Shown here: piece by piece, positions 1-7,229 of the stretch
How the letters are laid out: each line of letters begins with the position of its first letter
Numbering within the stretch: the first letter of the stretch is position 1
Source of the DNA: Promethearchaeota archaeon
GTDB taxonomy: Archaea; Asgardarchaeota; Lokiarchaeia; Sigyniarchaeales; SOKP01
Assembly: GCA_048941265.1 (NCBI GenBank)
Contig: JBHLNT010000091.1
Span: 1 to 16,034, forward strand
Direction: 5' to 3'
DNA length: 16,034 nt
Notes under the pieces: generated by a model
The model's database searches: none
What the model was told of the DNA's origin: nothing
The model's input: only the letters and a program-made list of their open reading frames with translations
Position numbers and translations under genes: made by a program

Positions 1-51
1 ATGGTTTTAATTTAAAAATCTTATAAACTTGAATAATGTACGTTAAAATGA

Positions 52-162
52 TCACCCTATAAGAATGAACAGAAGAAGGATAATTAAAAATCCTAGAATT
101 ATCAACTCACTTCTGATACCAGAGAATATAAGTTCAAAATAAAAAAATGATACAAGGGTCAT
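52..162 (-). CDS. Possible 36-aa hydrophobic micro-protein
   Basis: MTLVSFFYFELIFSGIRSELIILGFLIILLLFILIG; could be a by-product of a T-rich strand. Confidence 0.22.
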   Translation of the reverse strand: MTLVSFFYFELIFSGIRSELIILGFLIILLLFILIG

Positions 163-262
163 AAAAAATAGATAAATAATCGCTCAGATTTAATAAACGA
201 ACTACCTTTAAATTTCCTACTTAAAATAATTAATAAAGTTTCAATTTGCGAATTCTCTTTTT

Positions 263-355
263 TTAAAGCAGAAATATGAAAAACTCCAAAAGAACCGCAT
301 AAACCGCAATAACCATCATTTCTATAGCAACGGAAAGGTATTTCGAATCATTCAT
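263..355 (-). CDS. Possible 30-aa single-pass membrane micro-protein
   Basis: MNDSKYLSVAIEMMVIAVYAVLLEFFIFLL: polar N-terminus followed by a ~20-aa hydrophobic stretch; no homology evidence. Confidence 0.25.
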   Translation of the reverse strand: MNDSKYLSVAIEMMVIAVYAVLLEFFIFLL

Positions 356-526
356 CACCTAAATACAAGGGGAACATGAAATTTTTTACATAATAATCTG
401 ATGTGTAAAGTGGAGGTTTAAGGGGGATTTTTCCATATTGGTACAAATACTTTTACATATTAGATGGTTATAATTAATAATTAAGAGATTACTATTTACT
501 TTAATCATAGCATTTGAATTAAATAT

Positions 527-2002
527 ATGAATTCGATGGATCAAATTTTATACGAAATTTTGGAAGATATAGTTCCGACAAGACAAGAATTGAATTTAAT
601 TAATGAAATAGTCGAAAAATTAAAATTATTATTAGAAAAAAAAGCAAAAGAATTGAATATTGAATATACTCAAATAGAACCTCAAGGGTCAACTGGAATT
701 AAACAAACTCAATTAAGAAATGATTTTGATATTGATTTATTTATCGGTTTAAACTATGATTTATATTCCCATAAATATGATGGATTAAGTAAAAGTAAAT
801 TGAAAAAAGCTTCAAAGGAGGATTTTTTGGATTTTTGTAATAATTGGATTATCAAGTCTTTAACCATAAAAGAGTTTCATAAACCCCGCCTATTGTATGC
901 AGAACACCCCTATGTAACCGTTGATTATTTCACTAAAGGTGTAAAATTAAAAATTGATATTGTTCTATATTTTGATTTAGATGTGGATTATATAAAAAAG
1001 CAAGGGCCTATAACTGCCGTGGATAGATCTCCCTGGCACGGTCGTTTTATAAGAGATAATCTCAATGATGATCAAAAGGATGATGTAAGGCTATTAAAAC
1101 AATTTTTTAAAGCCTGTCATAGTTATGGGGATAAAAGTGCTGTAGGAAAAATAGGATTTATTGGATATGCTGCTGAGTTGTTAATATATTATTTAGGAAA
1201 TATTCAAACCGTCTTCAAAAAATTTCCTACCTTATGTCAGAATCCCTTAGACTTTTATAAAAGAAATAAAAAAGAACTAGAGAAAATTCAACACTTTCAA
1301 AATGATTTTCTTATTGTCATCGACCCCGTTGATATGAATCGAAATGTTGCTTCAGCAATCTCAGAAAAAGCCTATCAATATTGTAATCAAAGGATAAAAG
1401 ATTTTATGAAAAATCCAGCAAAAGATTTTTTTTTATTATCAGCTATTCCAGAAATTAACCTTTCAAATCAGAATGATGCAATACTATCAAATATTTTTAT
1501 TATAGAATTGAGAAATAAAGACCCAGATGTCCACTACACGATCAATCGAGATAAATTATATTCTTTAGGTGATCGAATCAAAGCAAATGGAGAAAGAGAA
1601 TATTCACATCTAAAAAGATTTGGAAACATTGTTTTTGAAGTGTACTTTGAAGACGATATTAATGAATATAATCTGGCAATATATTGCGATGAGATAAAAA
1701 TTTCTCCATCATATCTGAGAAAAGGGCCACAGATCAATGATAAATTCCATGCTGAGAAATTTAAGAAAAAAAATAAAAATGTTCTTCTAAAAGATGGTCA
1801 CTTGTGGACTGAAACTAAAAGAGAGTTCAATGATTTTTTCGAATTTTTGAAAAATTTTATTAAAAATAAAATTCCTGATAATTTAGAAATTGTAAATATT
1901 TCTAAATCCTTTAATTGTAAAACTTCTTCAGCTAGAAGGACCATATATGTTCTAACAAATATGGTATTACCATTTTTTAATAGTAAAACAAGAAAGAAAT
2001 GA
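527..2002 (+). CDS. cca: CCA-adding enzyme (archaeal class I tRNA nucleotidyltransferase)
   Basis: 491 aa. Nucleotidyltransferase motif GSTGIKQTQLRNDFDIDLF (GS...DxD) plus archaeal CCA motifs YAEHPYV, AVDRSPWH, DDVRLLKQF, GFIGYAAELLI and DPVDMNRNVASA. Confidence 0.93.
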   Translation: MNSMDQILYEILEDIVPTRQELNLINEIVEKLKLLLEKKAKELNIEYTQIEPQGSTGIKQTQLRNDFDIDLFIGLNYDLYSHKYDGLSKSKLKKASKEDFLDFCNNWIIKSLTIKEFHKPRLLYAEHPYVTVDYFTKGVKLKIDIVLYFDLDVDYIKKQGPITAVDRSPWHGRFIRDNLNDDQKDDVRLLKQFFKACHSYGDKSAVGKIGFIGYAAELLIYYLGNIQTVFKKFPTLCQNPLDFYKRNKKELEKIQHFQNDFLIVIDPVDMNRNVASAISEKAYQYCNQRIKDFMKNPAKDFFLLSAIPEINLSNQNDAILSNIFIIELRNKDPDVHYTINRDKLYSLGDRIKANGEREYSHLKRFGNIVFEVYFEDDINEYNLAIYCDEIKISPSYLRKGPQINDKFHAEKFKKKNKNVLLKDGHLWTETKREFNDFFEFLKNFIKNKIPDNLEIVNISKSFNCKTSSARRTIYVLTNMVLPFFNSKTRKK

Positions 2003-2085
2003 TATAGAGCCCATTTCACTTGAATATTTATATCTAAATTTTTTTAATTTATACTCTATTTCTCATCATATTCACATAATAAATT

Positions 2086-3222
2086 ATGGTAATATTCAAC
2101 TTGTCAGCAGAGAAAAAGGATAAAAAGGTTAAAATATTAGATCCAGCCCAAAGAATGCTCAAGGCTATGGCTTTTTTAAAACCAGATAGAGTTCCAGTAG
2201 TATTTTTTCCCGAATTTGATTTAATGGCTGATTTTGCAGGTAAACGTGTAAAAAAATACCTCGCTGATGTAGATCTTCAAATAGAAACTGGCGAAAGGTT
2301 TAAAGAACGGTTTTCTGGAGCATATTGTGCAGTTTCAATCTATCAACCATATGCTACTGCTCAAGCTCTTGGTTGCCCAATATCAGATCCTGAAGATGAA
2401 ATTCCTGCTGTAGCTGGACATATAATAAAAAGTTCAACTGATGTGGAAAAATTCAAAATTCCAGAATCTGCATGGAATTTACCAGGGACAGGTGATTGGT
2501 TAAAAAAAATTGAGTATTCCTTAGAAACCGGAATAAAACCAGCTGGGATAGGAGAATTTGGACCATTAGAGATTGCGGGTCAAGTTTATGGCTATGATAA
2601 ATTTCTTCTCGATATGAGGAAAAAGCCAGAGGTTATTCATAATCTTCTTGAAAAATGTACAGATTTTGCCATTAAGTTTTTAACTGAGTGGGCAACATTA
2701 ATTGGTGGGTATGCAACGGTTGTGTTAATAGCAGATCACGTCAGCGGGTTTTTAAATAAGAATTTAGTTAATGAATTCTTTGTTCCCTATCATAAAAAAT
2801 TAATTGAAGCATTAAAACCCATGTGCGGAGGAATGCTTTACCATAGTGAAAATAGAAGCTATCATTTCATTGAACAAATAGGTAATTGGGGTTATAATAT
2901 ATTTCATGGACAAGAATGGGCTCCGGGGGGAGATTTAAGAAAAACCAAAGAAATAGTTTCAAACCTGGATAATAAGTATGCTTTAATGGGTCAAGTGCCA
3001 GGTAGGGATGTTGTGTTGCGTGAACCAGATGATAAAGTAGTTGAGAAAAAGATTATTGAAAATATTCAAATTTATGGTCCTGGAAGCGGCTATATGTTAT
3101 CTACTGGAGGCGGGATTAATCGTGGAACTCCATTACGCAGATTAGACATGATGATTGAACTTGCGGATGCATATGGACGATATAAGACTAAAAATAAATT
3201 GATTAATCCTGAAGAAGAATAA
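2086..3222 (+). CDS. URO-D/MtaA-CmuA family TIM-barrel protein, probable corrinoid-dependent methyltransferase
   Basis: 378 aa. N-terminal QRMLKAMAFLKPDRVPV, GPLEIAGQVYGYDKFLLDMRKKPEVIH, EFFVPYHKKLI, ALMGQVP and GYMLSTGGGI; sits directly upstream of two corrinoid proteins. Confidence 0.82.
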   Translation: MVIFNLSAEKKDKKVKILDPAQRMLKAMAFLKPDRVPVVFFPEFDLMADFAGKRVKKYLADVDLQIETGERFKERFSGAYCAVSIYQPYATAQALGCPISDPEDEIPAVAGHIIKSSTDVEKFKIPESAWNLPGTGDWLKKIEYSLETGIKPAGIGEFGPLEIAGQVYGYDKFLLDMRKKPEVIHNLLEKCTDFAIKFLTEWATLIGGYATVVLIADHVSGFLNKNLVNEFFVPYHKKLIEALKPMCGGMLYHSENRSYHFIEQIGNWGYNIFHGQEWAPGGDLRKTKEIVSNLDNKYALMGQVPGRDVVLREPDDKVVEKKIIENIQIYGPGSGYMLSTGGGINRGTPLRRLDMMIELADAYGRYKTKNKLINPEEE

Positions 3223-3240
3223 AATAATGAGGAAAAAAAA

Positions 3241-3245
3241 GAGGT
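3241..3245 (+). promoter_or_regulatory. Shine-Dalgarno-like RBS (GAGGT) for corrinoid protein 1
   Basis: GAGGT lies 7 nt before ATG 3253. Confidence 0.55.
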
Positions 3246-3252
3246 AAGAATA

Positions 3253-3882
3253 ATGAGTGAAGAATTGATAAATGCTATGGTTAAATTAGAGGATGATCTC
3301 GTTTTAAAATTGGTAAAAGAGCAGCTAAAAAAGCGTGATCCGTTAGATATTTTTGAAGATTTAAAGGACTCTCTTATAAAAATAGGGGATCTATTTGAAT
3401 CTGAGGAATATTTTCTTTCGGACTTAATAATAGCGGCAGATACCTTCAAAGAAGCCAGCAAAGTGATAGAACCTTATTTTTCTAAAGAACAAGATGAGAT
3501 TAAAGGAAAGGTAATAATTGGTACTGTTGAAGGTGATATGCATGATATTGGAAAAAATATCATTATTACTCTACTGAGATCTGAGGGATTTGAAGTGATT
3601 GACCTTGGAATTGATGTATCAGCTAAGGAATTTCTTGAAGCAGTAAAAAAAACTCAACCAAATATTGTAGGTTTATCCGGACTTCTAACTTCCTCAAAGG
3701 AACCAATGAAAAAAACAATTGAATTAATAAAAAATGAGTATAAAGACACTGAAAAATTAATCTTCATTGTTGGAGGAGTGGCAATTAATGAGGAATGGAT
3801 TAAAGATACTGGAGCAGACTATGGGACAACCAATGCCATAAACGGATTAAAGATCATAAATGATGTTATAAAAAATTTTTAA
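3253..3882 (+). CDS. Methyltransferase cognate corrinoid (B12-binding) protein 1, MtaC/MttC/MtbC-like
   Basis: 209 aa. Cap domain (YFLSDLIIAA), base-off/His-on motif GTVEGDMHDIGKN (DxHxxG), VGLSGLL and IVGG. Confidence 0.93.
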   Translation: MSEELINAMVKLEDDLVLKLVKEQLKKRDPLDIFEDLKDSLIKIGDLFESEEYFLSDLIIAADTFKEASKVIEPYFSKEQDEIKGKVIIGTVEGDMHDIGKNIIITLLRSEGFEVIDLGIDVSAKEFLEAVKKTQPNIVGLSGLLTSSKEPMKKTIELIKNEYKDTEKLIFIVGGVAINEEWIKDTGADYGTTNAINGLKIINDVIKNF

Positions 3883-3940
3883 ATAAAATTAATAAAAAAT
3901 ACTATAATTTATAACCTAACAAAAAAAAGGTTTAATTCTT

Positions 3941-4573
3941 ATGGATTTTGAAAAATTAACCGAGCTAATTATTGAATTAGAAGTCGATGATATTGCTGAT
4001 GCGGTAAAAGAAGCTCTTGAAACTGATGGAAAGGACCCTTTTGAAGTATTAGGTGCGCTAACAAAGGGTATGGATGAAGTTGGGCGAAGATATGAGGAAA
4101 AAGAATATTATTTAACAGAGTTAGTATTAGCTGGAGAAACGATGAAAGAAGCTTTTGTAATTTTACAACCTGCATTAGCCGCTGCTGATAAATCAGAATC
4201 TAAAGTAAAAGTCATAATCGCAACTGTTAAGGGAGATAATCATGATATTGGAAAAAATATTCTTGGTTCTCTACTCTTAAGTTCTGGTTTTGAAGTAATT
4301 GATTTAGGAATGGATGTTGATGAAAAAACCATAGTTGATAAAGTAAAAGAGACGGGAGCAAACATCATTGCGTTAAGCTCTCTTTTAACTATGACTGTAG
4401 AGCAAATAAAAGTTGTACATGAAGCACTTAAATCAGCTGGTCTTAGAGAAAACGTAAAATTAATTGTAGGAGGCGCTCCATTAAATATGGATCTTGCCAA
4501 AAAATTGGGAGCAGATGATTTCGCGGACGATGCAGTTGAAGGTGTTAAGCATATTAAAGCTTTAGCTAGTTAG
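3941..4573 (+). CDS. Methyltransferase cognate corrinoid (B12-binding) protein 2
   Basis: 210 aa. GMDEVGRRYEEKEYYLTELVLAGE cap, ATVKGDNHDIGKN (DxHxxG), ALSSLLT, IVGGAP and LGAD. Confidence 0.95.
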   Translation: MDFEKLTELIIELEVDDIADAVKEALETDGKDPFEVLGALTKGMDEVGRRYEEKEYYLTELVLAGETMKEAFVILQPALAAADKSESKVKVIIATVKGDNHDIGKNILGSLLLSSGFEVIDLGMDVDEKTIVDKVKETGANIIALSSLLTMTVEQIKVVHEALKSAGLRENVKLIVGGAPLNMDLAKKLGADDFADDAVEGVKHIKALAS

Positions 4574-4632
4574 AAGAGAATTTTTCATAAACTTTTATTT
4601 TATTTTTTAATAATCATAATTTGGTGCATTAC

Positions 4633-5808
4633 ATGGATTGTAGAGAAAGAGTTCTCACTACTTTAAATCTGGAAGAACCTGATCGTGTACCTTGCCATAC
4701 AATCTATATTGATGCCAACAATGTGGATAAAATTCTTGGAAAGCCTAAAATAACGGATTTTGATACCGTTGAACAAATAAAACGTGATAATCCGGACGGT
4801 TGGGCTGAAGAATTAAGTAATTTGATAGAAAGTGTCGAAGCTTCCGTCTTTTCTCGATGTGTGGATGCTGCAGTTGAGATAGGTCTTGATTGTATGCAGG
4901 TAGGGATTATTCCTTTATATTTTGTTGAAATCCCGGGTGATGATAGACTTCTAATGAAAGATATTTTCGGAAGGATTTGGGAAGCGAAAAATAATGAAGG
5001 AAACTTCAATCCTTATTATTTATACGGAACAATGAACACTCCTGAAAAATGGAGGGATACAAAAGAGCAAATAGAAGGACCATTGACAGAAAAATACAAG
5101 AAATTTGTACGAAAATTTTATAGACGGGCAAGTAAAAAAAATAAAAATAAAATATTTGTAGCTGTCACTAATGACTTGGCAGGCATATTCGAAAGTGCTT
5201 CACAGGGGATGGGAATGACTTATTATTCTAAGATGTTGCATAAAAATCCTAAATTTATCAAAGATGTACATGATGTTTATGCACAATTTACTGCTGATCT
5301 GTATATGAGTTATATGGATGAAGGCGCTGAATTTTTTGTTGAGTCTGGAGATTTAGCATATCATACTGGACCAATGATGAGTCCTAAGAAGTTTGAAGAG
5401 TTACTACAACCTGCATATAAGCTTATTACAGATTCGGTCCATGAGAGAGGAGGCAAAATTGTCCTTCATACAGATGGGCATGTTACTCCACTGTTAGACT
5501 TCGTGGTTAATTGTGGCTTTGATGGATTGCAAAGTCTCGAACCAACGGCAGGTGTCGATTTAGCATTAGTCAAAAAGAAAGTTGGCGATAAACTCTGCCT
5601 AATGGGAAATATCGATGTGTCCCATATATTAGTTGATGCAACTAAGGAAGAAGTTTACGATGCGGTAAAACATGCCATTAAAATAGGAGGACCAGGCGGA
5701 GGATTCGTTGTTTCCGCAGCAAATATGCATCCCGGAGTAAGTGTTGAGAATCTGAAATGGATGGTGGAAGCAACAAGAGAGTATGGTAAATATCCAATAA
5801 CTATCTAA
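4633..5808 (+). CDS. URO-D/MtaA-CmuA family protein 2, probable corrinoid-dependent methyltransferase
   Basis: Start moved from TTG 4621 to ATG 4633: MDCRERVLTTLNLEEPDRVP fits the family N-terminus and GGTG lies just upstream. Motifs GDLAYHTGPMMSP, LHTDG, LEPTAGVDLALVKK, LCLMGNID and GGGFVVS. Confidence 0.87.
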   Translation: MDCRERVLTTLNLEEPDRVPCHTIYIDANNVDKILGKPKITDFDTVEQIKRDNPDGWAEELSNLIESVEASVFSRCVDAAVEIGLDCMQVGIIPLYFVEIPGDDRLLMKDIFGRIWEAKNNEGNFNPYYLYGTMNTPEKWRDTKEQIEGPLTEKYKKFVRKFYRRASKKNKNKIFVAVTNDLAGIFESASQGMGMTYYSKMLHKNPKFIKDVHDVYAQFTADLYMSYMDEGAEFFVESGDLAYHTGPMMSPKKFEELLQPAYKLITDSVHERGGKIVLHTDGHVTPLLDFVVNCGFDGLQSLEPTAGVDLALVKKKVGDKLCLMGNIDVSHILVDATKEEVYDAVKHAIKIGGPGGGFVVSAANMHPGVSVENLKWMVEATREYGKYPITI

Positions 5809-5826
5809 TTTTTTTTAAAATTTTTA
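5809..5826 (+). terminator. Probable archaeal oligo-T terminator after the methyltransferase cassette
   Basis: T8 run directly after the TAA ending at 5808, followed by a second T-run. Confidence 0.35.
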
Positions 5827-5945
5827 ATATCCTTTGATAGATCACGTTTTTAACGCTTAATATTAGGATTTTATAATAAATTATTAATGAGTAAAGTACT
5901 TCAATAAGATCATAATTTTTCATTCAAAAAATGAGGTGTTAAAAA

Positions 5946-7091
5946 CTGAAACTTAAACGAAAATATGAATTCCCTGTAGGTTATTATGATCTTCATGAAC
6001 AGGCCAATATTAATTTCCAACTTAATAGATTAATAACAAATGGAGGACTGCTTGAAGAAATCCAACAATTGGCACCAAAAATTAAGGATTTTGATGATTG
6101 GAAACGAAAATTGGTGTCCCTTGCAGAAAATGCACTTACTGAAGGTCGTACTTTAAACGCGGCCATGTATTATAGAGCAGCAGAATTTTTTGTAGCGCCA
6201 AATGATCCAGATAAAGAGCCTCTTTATGATAAGTTCATTGAATTATTTTATTCCATTTACAAAAATGCCACTGATGAAAAAGTAAAAATTCCTTATGAAA
6301 ATTCATTTTTACCAGGAATTCATCTTCCAAATGATGAAAATAAAGGAACTATAGTAATTCATGGGGGCTATGATTCATTTTTAGAGGAATTTTATTTATT
6401 CGGGTCATTTTTTAGAGATAATGGTTATGAAGTAATTTTATTTGAAGGACCTGGACAGGGAGCCGCTCTGAAAAAAAATAAATTCCCAATGACACATGAA
6501 TGGGAAAAACCTGTAAAATCTGTTATTAATTATTTTAATCTTAAAAATATTACTTTGATAGGAATTTCGCTAGGGGGATATTTAGGATTACGTGCTGCTG
6601 CTTTTGAACCAAGAATCTCAAAAGTAATTGCTTTTGACATCATATATGACTTTTTTCAAGTTCTTTTGTATGCTGGTGGACCCAAAGTACGAGAAATGAT
6701 TGAATCATTTTTAGACACTAATAAAATTGACATACTAAATAAAGTCGCTAAAAGAATGATGAAAAATGATTTACTCGTTAACTGGGGGCTGAATCACGGA
6801 ATGTATGTTTTTGGGGTCAACACCCCATTTGAATTTTTACAGAAAGCTAGATTGTTTTCTACAGCCGAAATATCAGATAAAATAACCTGTGATGTTTTAT
6901 TATTAGCAGGAACTAACGACCATTTCATTCCAATCGAGATGTTTTATAAACAAATTGAAGCTCTTAAGAATGTTAAATCACTTACCTGTAGAATGTTTAC
7001 TGAAAAAGAACACGCAGCAAATCATTGTCAAATCGGCAATTACAAGCTTGTACTTGATTTTATGCTCAATTGGATAAATATCACAAAATAA
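5946..7091 (+). CDS. Alpha/beta-fold serine hydrolase (esterase; 2,6-dihydroxy-pseudo-oxynicotine hydrolase/FrsA-like), probable CTG start
   Basis: Nucleophile elbow GISLGG, oxyanion HGGYDS, FEGPGQG, Asp in GTNDHF and His in ANHCQ. The frame is open 41 codons upstream of TTG 6069, back to CTG 5946, which is preceded by GAGGTG at 5933-5938. Confidence 0.85.
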   Translation: MKLKRKYEFPVGYYDLHEQANINFQLNRLITNGGLLEEIQQLAPKIKDFDDWKRKLVSLAENALTEGRTLNAAMYYRAAEFFVAPNDPDKEPLYDKFIELFYSIYKNATDEKVKIPYENSFLPGIHLPNDENKGTIVIHGGYDSFLEEFYLFGSFFRDNGYEVILFEGPGQGAALKKNKFPMTHEWEKPVKSVINYFNLKNITLIGISLGGYLGLRAAAFEPRISKVIAFDIIYDFFQVLLYAGGPKVREMIESFLDTNKIDILNKVAKRMMKNDLLVNWGLNHGMYVFGVNTPFEFLQKARLFSTAEISDKITCDVLLLAGTNDHFIPIEMFYKQIEALKNVKSLTCRMFTEKEHAANHCQIGNYKLVLDFMLNWINITK

Positions 7092-7156
7092 TCTGAGAGA
7101 ATTAAAATAAAAAAAATCTCTAAAAATCTCTAAAATAAGCGATTTATAGGCTAAAT

Positions 7157-7173
7157 CCATAAAATTTTTATGG
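7157..7173. promoter_or_regulatory. Perfect inverted repeat CCATAAAA-T-TTTTATGG upstream of the EF-2 paralog (candidate operator)
   Basis: 8-bp arms with a 1-nt spacer, ~56 nt before ATG 7230; function is inferred only. Confidence 0.3.
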
Positions 7174-7229
7174 TTTCTCGTATTTTTTTCTTTAATTATT
7201 ACATAAGATTTAATTTTAAGTGAATATAA

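Noticed and set aside
4571-4633. TAG stop of corrinoid protein 2 as a possible pyrrolysine read-through into the next methyltransferase
   Set aside because: The next gene is in a different frame, the corrinoid protein is already full length, and the read-through sequence is low-complexity. No MttB/MtbB/MtmB gene is present.
2086-5808. Calling the URO-D-fold genes hemE, or treating the cassette as evidence of methanogenesis
   Set aside because: The context is corrinoid proteins rather than tetrapyrrole genes, no mcr/mtr genes are in the window, and the MtaA Cys ligands are absent.
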